64,000 nucleotides of DNA from Diplonema japonicum (taxonomy: Eukaryota > Protista > Euglenozoa: Diplonemea): the NCBI GenBank assembly GCA_964019335.1, contig OZ025675.1, forward strand, positions 124,001 to 188,000, written 5' to 3'. Of this stretch, positions 22,531 to 32,618 are shown piece by piece. The position numbers were made by a program, and so were the translations under genes. How positions within the stretch are numbered: the stretch's first letter is position 1; the number at the start of each line of letters is the position of its first letter. Below the pieces are notes generated by a model. It did no database searches and was not told the origin of the DNA. It saw only the letters and a program-made list of their open reading frames with translations.

Positions 22531-24276
22531 TCAATACGTCTGCCGGTGCCTTTCCACCGGAACCTTCTTCGAAACGAAGTGTGACACGATCTCGGCAAGG
22601 GGCTCGTTCTTATACGTTGCAAGAAGTCCTTGCGCCGTGCGTTCCGCCTTTTCGTCCTCGAAGCATTTCTCATGAAGGTACATCTTCGCCGCCTCATTGT
22701 AGTTCGCCCAGTACCCTGCCTTCGACCCCTGTAGTGAGTACATCCACTCTTCGTTGGTGTCTTTGGCGGCGCTCTTTGAATTGCTGGCCTCAAGATGCAA
22801 AGACTGCGACACATTGAGTGCCTCCCACAAGAAAGCCTCTGTTCCGTTCCCATGCTTCACAAAGGTGACCACCTTGAGGACAATGAGCATCTCCAGCGTG
22901 ACAGAGGCGTCCATGTAGGCAGCAGTGTTGCACACAACCCCAATGCCCCACTCCGCACCGAGCCTCTCGTACACAGATGTCAGCACAGCAGCATGACCAT
23001 ATATACTGAACCTCCTTACCTCATCGTTTCCAAGGTCACCCACCTGAACCTTCCCACTGCACACTGCCACGTTCACTTCCATGTCCTTCTCAAGTTTCCC
23101 ACGCCTTAATGTTGTGGCTGCCTTCACCCCTGCCAACGCATGCTGTGCGCATTTCTTTGATGCGTTGAACGAGGCGTGCACGTGGTCCCCGACGAACAGG
23201 TCCAGCATCCCCTTCTGTGAGCGGATCACGCGGAGTGCGAAGCTGATCACCCTGGAGTGAAGACTGGTGAAGTCAGCAGGGTCTGCTTCCATGGCACTGG
23301 TGGAATGCTTTATGTTCATCACCAGCATCGTAGCCCGTGTGGTGAGCATCTCTGTGGACAAGGAAATCTCAAGGACGGGAGTCGAAAGGACACGCTGTGA
23401 GCTTGCCGGGCTGGTTGCATCCAGATCTTCAAAGCTCTCCTCTAAGCTGTTCTGTCGCAGGCAGGACTGAGGAAGGTATGGTTTGTACGACTGGAGGTTG
23501 ACGAGTATCGTGTGCAGCGCTTCGTGGAGTTTGTCAGGGAGGTCAGCAGAGTTGTGCAGAATGGACCCTGCCGCCTCTAGTTCGAAGTGAGCAAGGTGTG
23601 ACGCAATGTCACGCGCGGTACAAACAGCGATCTCAAGCTTATGCTTCTCGGAAAGAACCTCGTTGGCGAAGCCCCTTGTGAAGTAGAAGTCGAGGACGAA
23701 GATAGAGGTCATCATGAGGAAATTCACAAAAGACCCTATGAAGTGTCTTCTACAAGGTAAGATATCGCAGCATGACCTCTCCTGTCGGTAAGAGTAATCA
23801 CCGCTAAACCCATCGCCGCCGATGTCGAGGAGGCCAAAACGAAAGATCTGCTCTATGGTGGTGACGAAAAGCCACACGGAGAGCACGGTGATGACGATAA
23901 CTGTAGACCGCCGCCGAACCCTGCACACCAGCAGCACGTCCACAACTATGACACCCAACGGCCATAACCTCGGCAAAATCGCACATATGTTACCGAAGTC
24001 GATTATGATGATGGAAACCACATCGGCGTAGGCAGTTACCTCTATGAACGCGTCAGTAGGCTTCTTAGTCACGAACAAATAAACTAACGCAGCCACGTTG
24101 GACGCTATAGTAATGTAGGAGGCTAATGATGTAGCCCCAAGGCTGCTAGCCAACAAGCCGGTAGTTCCCATGAATATCGGGATGCTGACGAACCATATGA
24201 GAGTCTGCTTCCTCTTCGCCATCACCTCATCGTCGCCGGGGAGGGCGAGCTTGCTGACCAGCCAGTTGTGCAACAT
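22531..24276 (-). CDS. Multi-pass membrane pseudo-cyclase, family B (B6)
   Basis: ATG at 24276 (MLHNWLVSK) by alignment; C-terminal portion identical to B4. Confidence 0.88.
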   Translation of the reverse strand: MLHNWLVSKLALPGDDEVMAKRKQTLIWFVSIPIFMGTTGLLASSLGATSLASYITIASNVAALVYLFVTKKPTDAFIEVTAYADVVSIIIIDFGNICAILPRLWPLGVIVVDVLLVCRVRRRSTVIVITVLSVWLFVTTIEQIFRFGLLDIGGDGFSGDYSYRQERSCCDILPCRRHFIGSFVNFLMMTSIFVLDFYFTRGFANEVLSEKHKLEIAVCTARDIASHLAHFELEAAGSILHNSADLPDKLHEALHTILVNLQSYKPYLPQSCLRQNSLEESFEDLDATSPASSQRVLSTPVLEISLSTEMLTTRATMLVMNIKHSTSAMEADPADFTSLHSRVISFALRVIRSQKGMLDLFVGDHVHASFNASKKCAQHALAGVKAATTLRRGKLEKDMEVNVAVCSGKVQVGDLGNDEVRRFSIYGHAAVLTSVYERLGAEWGIGVVCNTAAYMDASVTLEMLIVLKVVTFVKHGNGTEAFLWEALNVSQSLHLEASNSKSAAKDTNEEWMYSLQGSKAGYWANYNEAAKMYLHEKCFEDEKAERTAQGLLATYKNEPLAEIVSHFVSKKVPVERHRQTY

Positions 24277-24406
24277 AGTCTTCCCCCTTTTAAAAGAGGT
24301 AGAGGCGGGGTGATCCATCAAAAAAGAAAAATTAAAAAAAAAGCTTTTATAGAAAGAAGAAAAAAAAAAGGAAGCGGGGTGGAGATTAAAAAAAAAAAAC
24401 AATTAA

Positions 24407-25956
24407 AGGGCCCCCCCGAATAATCCCTTTATTTGGGCAGTGGAGGGGGGGTGTTAGGGCTCCAAAAAAAAAAAGAATTATTTGGAATACACTGATTTGG
24501 ATTGTACTTATTTGGGCTGGGTCGCCTGCCACATGGAAAGCAGGGAGCGGGGCTTAGAGCACTTCGGAAATCTTAGCATCCAAATCGTGCCAAGATTTTT
24601 TTTCATGCCCTTTTTTTTTCCAAGGGACATTTTAAAACAGTTTTTCCCCCAGGCTGTGGAGAACCCACAAACGTTGCAGACAGACCGCCTGGTTTTGGCG
24701 TTAGGTGGTTGCTGGGAGGTTGCAGGGGTCTGAGAGGCTTGAGAATCTGTCAGGGCTTGAGAAGCTGCAAGGGCTTGGGAGGCTGCTGGAGTCTCGTCAG
24801 GTGCAGTGTCTATTGTAACACCCGCAACTACGTTCTGTGCTGCACTGTCTAAAGCCCGACCCCTTCAAAGTGCTTACTTCGTTAAGTGCTCTTAGCTGTA
24901 TGGTCTCCTCGGAACTACCTGGAAGGTAGCCGCGAGACCGCATACAGCTAAAGGTGTCGAGCAGTTGCATGACCTTTCTCATGTGCCGCCCTACCCACAG
25001 TTCCACGTTGATTCGGCGCTCTGCTGCAGTCATCACCAATGTCCCGCCTCGGCTGCTTGCCGCAGCCCCTAACCCCTCAAAATGGCGGGAGGTCTGAATT
25101 GCCGGTGCCACACAGAAGCAGCCTCACAATACGTACTTTTCCTTTTCAATCGATTGTTATATTTGTACTAATAAAATATAGCGCGCATTCGACGGCACTG
25201 GTCAAGCGACTGGCACCTTCCGAAGAAGGGCCTCCCACGTCCGCCGGGTTGAGCAGAGGATCCCACGGGGCGGCCGTTCCAGTCTGATCATGTCGCATTA
25301 TAATATATTTCTCATCTTCTAGAAGAAAATGGGGTTTTTGCCCTCGTAGCTCACCGGGCCAGCACTCTTACTTGCGTAAGCAGCCTCACAATACTGCCAG
25401 TGGGCTACAGCACAGCTTTGGGATCTTGCTCAAGAATGGAATATTGACATTGCGGGCCATGAAAGCAAATACTGGATAGTTGTCAACACATGAATCCACG
25501 TGCCCTTCCGGCAACGCAGAAGCACCCGGGCCACCCACAAAGCGCCTTCGAACTAAGTAGTTCCATGAAATTTTGAACCATTCATCACGAACCATCTAGC
25601 TTCTTGCGTTAAGAAAAATAGTCCCCCACAATAACCCAGGGGTCCCTGTTCAAAATGCAAAAGAATTGCTCGTAAGTGCCCAAAAAGTGCCCAAAACCAG
25701 GCGGAAATCGAGTTTTTGGTCAAAAAAGGGGTGTATACATGGGTTAGGTCGGCTAGTACCCTGCACAGGCGTGACTGAGAAAAGCCCGTCGCACGACTTA
25801 CCATGTGACCCCCTCACCCCCCCGATCCCCCCAAAAAAAAAAAGAAAGGGGTCGGGAATTATTTGGGAAATTTGGAGCGGAAAAATCCCCGAAAAAAAAA
25901 AAGAATTATTTGGGAAAAAACACATTATTTGGGAGGGAATTATTCGGGCCCCCCCT
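24407..25956. mobile_element. TTAA-flanked TIR element with AG...CT termini (Kolobok-like), decayed
   Basis: TTAA|AGGGCCCCCCCGAATAATCCCT at 24403 and AGGGAATTATTCGGGCCCCCCCT|TTAA ending at 25960. Only broken ORFs inside, including a Cys cluster GSGFRQCSTERSCGCYNRHC on the minus strand. Confidence 0.65.
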
Positions 25957-25999
25957 TTAAATTAATCACACTTTTTAATTCTTTTTAGTCCGTCATCGC

Positions 26000-28750
26000 T
26001 TAGCGGATATTCATATGAGCCAGCACGGCGGTGCTATGAGCACACATATCTTGTTCGCCGGAGTAGAAATCGTAGCGGCCTATCTCCCATTGGGTGCCTA
26101 TGATGCCCCACATAAGCGCGCTGCAGTCGGAGGGGCAGAGCACCCCAACACGTTGGTTACGTTTAGCAAGTTCGACAGAAAGGAACTTGGTATCGCAAGA
26201 ATGGAGGACAATGGAGCATCGGAGAGGCCAGCGTGACCTTTCGATCACATTACACAGGGCCGAGGTTACTTCTTCACGGTCAAGCACGTTTAGGTAGTAC
26301 GTCGCGAAGCCCCAGTCCTCTTCACATAGAAGCTCGAACTGCGCTTCATGATATGCTATCCGAACGTCTTTCTTGTGTGTTTCTGGAATCCCGCTGAGGA
26401 AGATGCCCAACCCCATTGCCAGCATTGACATGCATTTCACCTTGTGATGACTGGCGCATTCAAACACGGATCGGTAGATGTTTTTTAATCTTTGTTTCAG
26501 TCTGTGCTTCCCAAGATCGCGGAAGCCCTCCCATTCCCCCGTCGTCGCTGATCTCTTGAAATACTTCGGCATCTCGCGGTCCTTCACAGCAGGCTTTCTG
26601 AAGTCGATCCCTGCAGAGGACAGAAATGTGATCGGAACTGGGGTCTTGTTGGTCAGCTGGTTGTAAGAGTACGCCTTTACTTCCTCATTGTAACAGCCTT
26701 CGACAAGGAAATACCCCAGCTGCGAGATGCATGTAGATGAACATAGCTCGGTGACAGATTGACTGAAGACTGCCTTGGCATCCGCAGAGGATGGGAAGCC
26801 ATGTTCGAAAGTAGACACCCTGACGTCGCTGCGCCAGGTGGTGACGAGGTCACGCATTCCATTCACATCTTTTTTAAACTCTTCGACCTGGTACTGGCGG
26901 GCCCAATGATCGCTGTGGAGGCCTACGTACCCAACGTCTCCGGTGTTTTCTCCGGCTTTGCTTTTGTTATGTCCGATCTCGTTGAGCAACGCTGCTATCT
27001 CGCCATCCGTCTCGGTCCCAACCTTCGCTAAGGGCATTGCTCTGAGAAGCGACCAGTATTTTGTCGCGGTCTGGAACTCAACCGCGCCGTTGCCTGTCAG
27101 TACTGCGGTCAGCTCTTTGTGAAACTTCTTGCTGAAGTCTTCGGTGGTTGCGATGTATGTGGATGCCACAAGCCACTTCAACTCCCGCACTGTGATCGTG
27201 AACTCTCCAGCGCCGTACACATCCTTAGCCGACACTCCTTGTATCCCTTCCATCGTTGCTTCCACAGGATCAAGGAACTCTCCATTCTCTAATTCCTTTT
27301 TGTAAATCCTGTCGATGGTCTCCGCGCTGACCCGCACGATCTGATCCTCGTTCATGTTCTCGTTCAGCGACGGTTCTAGAACGACGTTTGGAGTCCCCAG
27401 CTCGATGAGCGTGCGGTTCGGCGTCCTCCCGATCTGCGCGAGGAGCGAGTAAGCGGGACGCAGCTTCGAAGGGTAGGCCTTGAACACCCCTCTGTTGCAG
27501 TATTTCTCATCCTCCGCCGCTCCTGCTCGGTGTATGCAGTTCTTATACGGCGAAGCAGAGTTAACGGCGGATTCTGTTCCCAGGATCTCCTCTATCTCGT
27601 CCCCACTTGGCGTCTCGTTGAGCTTGTAAAAGAGCTGTACGGAGTGCCCGCTCCGCATTTTCCTGCTTTCGGTAAAAAGTTCGTTCGGGTACGCAACGCG
27701 GCGGTGTGCCGGGTGGCTCTTCTCTTGCAAGAACTTATGGTCGAGCAGTTCGTTGCAATCGCTGACCTCTTCGCTGAAGCACATCTTGGCAAGTCCAAGC
27801 AACGCGGGGTCCAACGAGCTCATATCGATCTCATCATACGGCGATTTACCAAGCTCACGTTTGGCAATGTGGTAGTACCATTGAACAGGGCTTTCGAGCG
27901 TGGCCTCTGGCCACGGGTGGAGACCGGTGGCCATTTGCATAATGGAGCACCCGAATGCCCAGATGTCATTGCTCCTAGGTGTTCCCGTTCCTGATCTGGT
28001 GATGGTGGAGGGTGATAGGTAACGGGCAGTGCCACGGATCTCGTCTTGCCCTGCTGTGAAGACGATGTTGCAAAGACCGAAATCTGTCAAGGCAACGGCG
28101 CCTGTTGAATCGACTAACATGTTCTCAGGTTTGATGTCCGCGTGGATCACATCGCACGAGTGTAGATACTGCAGGCCCTTGAGGATCTGGGCGGCATAGC
28201 GACGAACAGTTGGGAGGGGGAGCTTTCCAAACTCTTGCAGTTGGTGGGAAATGGATCCTTGTGTCCAGAAAGACATGATGATCTCTGCCCATGTCTCGCC
28301 CTTGACGAAGTCCCACACCTTGACAATGTTTCTGTGGGACAACATCTTGAGGGTTTCGTATTCCTTCGCTGCGGTTTCGCTGATCTGTTCCTCGTGGATT
28401 ACCTTTACTGCGAAGACGGTGCCGTCGTCGTCTATACATTTCCATACATCTCCAAATCCCCCACGGCCTATCTGTCGGCCTGGGCGCATTCCGCATAACA
28501 TTTGCTTTCCGTTCCCTGGTGTTGGTGCTTCTTCTTCTTCCTTCCCCTCCGGCTCCTTTATCTCGCAAAACTCGGACAATGTTTCATACACTAGCTGCCA
28601 CGCCTCTTCAGTTGACTTTGGAAGCCCGCTTGTTACCGATCTCGCCAGTTTTCCCACGACGTCCACCGTTGCCTCAATATCTGTGCTGCCCTCGGCAAGG
28701 GACTGTATGAACTGTGTTGTGAGCGGGTCCATTTCTTGTGTAGGATCCAT
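26000..28750 (-). CDS. Ser/Thr protein kinase (MAP3K/STE-like) with long C-terminal region ending in a putative permuted macrodomain/PARG-like domain
   Basis: 916 aa; GRGGFG, AVK, HADIKPEN, DFG, DIWAFGC. C-terminal motifs are described in findings. Confidence 0.88.
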   Translation of the reverse strand: MDPTQEMDPLTTQFIQSLAEGSTDIEATVDVVGKLARSVTSGLPKSTEEAWQLVYETLSEFCEIKEPEGKEEEEAPTPGNGKQMLCGMRPGRQIGRGGFGDVWKCIDDDGTVFAVKVIHEEQISETAAKEYETLKMLSHRNIVKVWDFVKGETWAEIIMSFWTQGSISHQLQEFGKLPLPTVRRYAAQILKGLQYLHSCDVIHADIKPENMLVDSTGAVALTDFGLCNIVFTAGQDEIRGTARYLSPSTITRSGTGTPRSNDIWAFGCSIMQMATGLHPWPEATLESPVQWYYHIAKRELGKSPYDEIDMSSLDPALLGLAKMCFSEEVSDCNELLDHKFLQEKSHPAHRRVAYPNELFTESRKMRSGHSVQLFYKLNETPSGDEIEEILGTESAVNSASPYKNCIHRAGAAEDEKYCNRGVFKAYPSKLRPAYSLLAQIGRTPNRTLIELGTPNVVLEPSLNENMNEDQIVRVSAETIDRIYKKELENGEFLDPVEATMEGIQGVSAKDVYGAGEFTITVRELKWLVASTYIATTEDFSKKFHKELTAVLTGNGAVEFQTATKYWSLLRAMPLAKVGTETDGEIAALLNEIGHNKSKAGENTGDVGYVGLHSDHWARQYQVEEFKKDVNGMRDLVTTWRSDVRVSTFEHGFPSSADAKAVFSQSVTELCSSTCISQLGYFLVEGCYNEEVKAYSYNQLTNKTPVPITFLSSAGIDFRKPAVKDREMPKYFKRSATTGEWEGFRDLGKHRLKQRLKNIYRSVFECASHHKVKCMSMLAMGLGIFLSGIPETHKKDVRIAYHEAQFELLCEEDWGFATYYLNVLDREEVTSALCNVIERSRWPLRCSIVLHSCDTKFLSVELAKRNQRVGVLCPSDCSALMWGIIGTQWEIGRYDFYSGEQDMCAHSTAVLAHMNIR

Positions 28751-29512
28751 TCTTTTTCTTTTTTCTTTTTCTTTTTTTTCTTATATTTGATTCCCTTTCC
28801 CCCTTTTTCTTTTTTTTATCGTGTGAACGTTGATATATATAAAATAGAAAAAGGGAAATATATACGAGATAAAGGAAGCCAGTGTTTCTTTTTTTTTTTT
28901 TTTTTTTTTTTTTTGGTGGCGCCCTGCACAAACTGTCTACTTGAGTACAGGAATACAGTATTAAAAGAGTCGGTTTGATTGTTGTTTGTGCACAGCCGGG
29001 GTTAACCTGTAGAAGGATAAGCCCAACAATGCTACCACCACTCTTTTTAAGCAATAACAATTCGTTATCAATATATATATTGTTCTTGTTCAAGCAAAAA
29101 AAAAAAAAAACAAAAAAAAGGAATATTGAAAAGTAGGGTGTATCTATTATTCTCTTCATTCGTCTTTTTTTAAAAAAAAAACCTTCTTTTTTTCATTCAA
29201 CGAGAAAAAAAAGGGGGGAGGGAGGTAGAAGGAAAGAGGAAGGAAAGAAGAACTCAGGGGGTTGGGGAGAAGAGGTCGGTAGGAGAACTCTTTCTTCTTT
29301 TTCTTTTTTTTTCTCGTTCAACGAATTATCCTTATATGAAGAGGGAGGGGAGGGGAAGAGAGAGAGAAAAAAAAGAATCGGGTTGATAGACACAAACCCC
29401 TTTACCTTGTAAACAGGAAGAAAAGGAAAAGAAATTTTAGTTAGGGACAGATAGTCTTATTCTATTAACAAAAAAAAAAATATATATAAAAGGAAAGGGG
29501 GTATCTTTCGTG

Positions 29513-29544
<32 letters not shown>

Positions 29545-29621
29545 TTTTTTTTTTTTCAGATCGCAGGTGTGTAGAAAAACTAATAGAAAAATGCTTTCTT
29601 TGTGTATAGAGGGGGGTGTTG

Positions 29622-30635
29622 CTAAATGCCCAACAACATAACTGCCGAAGGGAGCATTCTGCAGTCCTTCAGAAAATGCTGCCCCTTCTCAACAGATGTA
29701 AGGTCGGGCAGCGACAGCGCGTTGAGAACGGGACAGCTGGCAAGGAAATAGGGACCGATGGAAACCAGAGAACCGAGGCCAGTGAGGTCCAGCTTGTTCA
29801 GCGACAAGCACACCGACAGAAACCCTGCTGCTATCTCCGTAAGAGACGAGAGAGGCGAAGCATCGAGATCACACAAAGAAACACAGTTTCCAAGGAAGTT
29901 GTCCCCAACAGAACGAAGCCTTGGGGGGAGGACAACAGAGGTTAAGTTCGTGCAAGAGTACAAGAATCTGCAACCTGTACTTCTAAGACGAGACATGAAC
30001 GACAAATCGAGCTTTGTGACCGCCTGGCAGTACACGAGGAACTCATCGTCTATCTGCCTAACGGAGGAGAAGCACTCCACATTGACCGATTCGATATTCC
30101 TACAGCTTGCCATGAACCCGCTGCCGATGTGCTCCACCGAAGAGAATTCCTCGGAGAACCCAACATATCTCAAGGTGGCGCACCTTCTGAGAAACCCAGA
30201 TGAGATGCTCCTTACCTTTTTAGAAGACTTCACCCACAAGCTGCGCACCGCCTTCGGGACATCCTCGGAAACATTGTCCAGCCGAAGCTTTCCGTTCTGC
30301 GTCACCTTTCCTGAAACATTGAGCACAAGTGTCAACATGGGGTTGTCTTTGAACATTCTGCGGATGGTTGCAGCGTCTTTCCGCAGGTCCGCCACCGTCA
30401 CCTCCAGCTCTGTCTTCTGTCTCACGGTGAAGGTGTCCCCGTCCACGTAAGGGCCGTCTTTGAACTGGTCTCCGTTGGCGTCCGCTCCTAGAACCTCGCC
30501 ATTTGCATCTATTATTTCGGTGTGGTCCGTTGACACCCCCACCATCTCATAGAAGGAACTGAATTTCGTGTCGCCTTCAACTTCTACCTGCTGCGTGCCC
30601 GACCCTGGCAGCGATATGAAGACGTTCAGGGACAT
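29622..30635 (-). CDS. BspA-type leucine-rich repeat protein with ubiquitin-like N-terminus
   Basis: 337 aa. Repeats such as VRSISSGFLRRCATL, VEHIGSGFMASCRNI, LRSVGDNFLGNCVSL, LVSIGPYFLASCPVL. N-terminal ~75 aa has a beta-grasp-like pattern (inference). Confidence 0.82.
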   Translation of the reverse strand: MSLNVFISLPGSGTQQVEVEGDTKFSSFYEMVGVSTDHTEIIDANGEVLGADANGDQFKDGPYVDGDTFTVRQKTELEVTVADLRKDAATIRRMFKDNPMLTLVLNVSGKVTQNGKLRLDNVSEDVPKAVRSLWVKSSKKVRSISSGFLRRCATLRYVGFSEEFSSVEHIGSGFMASCRNIESVNVECFSSVRQIDDEFLVYCQAVTKLDLSFMSRLRSTGCRFLYSCTNLTSVVLPPRLRSVGDNFLGNCVSLCDLDASPLSSLTEIAAGFLSVCLSLNKLDLTGLGSLVSIGPYFLASCPVLNALSLPDLTSVEKGQHFLKDCRMLPSAVMLLGI

Positions 30636-30816
30636 TTTAATTTAGAAAAAAAAAGAAGAAAAAAAAGAACCTGGGTAAACCTTTTTTCTTCTTCTTTTTT
30701 TGGTGGTTTATTCATAGGAAGGAAATATGAAAAAATGGTGGGGGGGTTTGGTTAGACACGGCAAAGTGGGGGATAGAAAGTAAAAGCGGAGAGGTAAAGG
30801 TATTTTAAAAAGAATT

Positions 30817-31846
30817 GAGCTCGTCCGGACGAAAATGTCAACACTTTTTTTGGGCATCTCCGAAAACTTCTTGTTTTGATTATTTGAGCAAAAAAAGGGC
30901 AACATGCAACCATAGGAAGATGACATATATGGTGTACCTGTTGCCGTTCTTTCAATTGCGATGCTTGTTTTGCCATGAGGGTGGCAGGCTTTGCAATCGG
31001 CTGCCCCCGGGAAGCGAAAAATAGAGGTCAGAAAAACGCCGGAAAATGTTTAAAATGCAATTTTATTGCTTAAAATGCAGCATCTAGGGTGCATAAAATT
31101 GGTGATCAAGCGCACTTGTGACCCCTGGGTACAACCCAGGGTCGGGTTACTGTTTAAAGTACTTAGCGAAAAATATATGGCGTCGCATAGCCCCCGAAAA
31201 TCCGGTTTTTTACACCCTATTTTTTGGCTTTTTCAAGGGGTTCGTAAGGGATTTTGGCCTTTTTCAGAAAAACCAATTCTTAACACTTGCCTGCTCATGC
31301 AGAGCTTCGACATTGGTATCTATGGGGTCAAACTTTCATTCTCAACCCATCTGCTGAGGTTTTTCCTTTTCTTTTGCACTCATAATACTTTAAAAGTGAA
31401 AATTCTGCTTTTTTAAGGGGTTTTAAAGGGATTTTAGCCTTAAATAGGCCAAAATGGCACTGTAAGGGTAAGTTCTCCCCACCCTATTTTAATAGTGATT
31501 TAGAGTCCAGCCCACCCAAAATGACCCCAAAGATTTCACAGATTTTCAGTCTGCGTCCATTCCTCCTGTCGCTTTTCACGGAAAAAAAGAAAATAAAAAA
31601 TGGAGTCTGGGTTATTTGTAACTTCCAAATTGAATCGTTTGCCAAAAACCATTCTAAAAAACATGTTTTTGCACGTGCGTTTTAAAAATAAAACAAACGG
31701 CGAGCATTTTGACCTATATGGTGATCAAGCTTAGACTGCATTTCTGCACACAAAGTGGTGTCGGACTACTTTTTACTTAGAAATTTAACGGGGGTTTTCC
31801 GCCGCATGGGAGGGTCATTTGTTGACATTTTCTTCCGGACGAGCTT
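30817..31846. mobile_element. Non-autonomous TIR element with GAG- terminus (Sola-like)
   Basis: GAGCTCGTCCGGACGAAAATGTCAACA ... TGTTGACATTTTCTTCCGGACGAGCTT. Related ends at ~377 and ~9885. No TSD resolved. Confidence 0.65.
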
Positions 31847-32278
31847 GTATTAAAATTAAAATTAAAATAAAAAAAGAGTCAGTTGATTGCTGTTTGTGTA
31901 CATGGCCGGAAGTAGTACCAAACTATAAACCTTGCCTTATATATATATATAACATGCTGCTCTTTCAATATGTAGAAGGTGGGAGGAAGAAAGTTGCAGG
32001 AAGAAGGGGAAAAGAAACGAGGGCAAGAAAAGTACTTTTCTTGGATGGAACCTCTTGAAAAAGAAGCATATCAGCCGGCGGCAGCGAAACACAAGGTATT
32101 TAAGTTTTGCGGTCACCCCGTTCTGTTTGTTGGGGTGCAACGCCAGTCAGGGTCTTACTTAGATACACAGTCGAGACAGCCCCCTCTGCCGGATGCATCT
32201 CAGCTTGTGGCTTATCGACCACAGTTGGTTCTCTCCCTGTTTCGTCACCTACGACTTGTAAAGGGGAACAAAAAAAAA

Positions 32279-32480
32279 TATATATATGAGTTAAAGGAAG
32301 TCTTTGTGAGACGCCCCCTTGTTCTCATGCTCTACCTGCACCTATCCCCTTTCAGCAGCGGTTTCTCCTTCTTCGGTGGTCGTGCCGGCCTCCTCCCCAG
32401 CTTGGCTACTTTTTCCCTTCTTTCCTTTGCCCATTGCTTCCCCAGCTCCTCCAGGTCGTACTTGGTCTTCTACTCCACCC
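32279..32480 (-). mobile_element. 5'-truncated retroelement 3' end (family R1)
   Basis: Nearly identical to 56498-56720 with one internal deletion; A-runs on both sides. Confidence 0.85.
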
Positions 32481-32618
32481 GAAATAAAAAAGGGAGGGAA
32501 CAGAAAAAAAAAGGCTGTATGAAATAGACCCTTCTTGTAAAAGAAGGGTCTATTTATCAGCCAGCATCTAACGTAGTAGTCTGTTTAAAGAAAAGGCGTA
32601 AAAGAAAATTCAGATATA

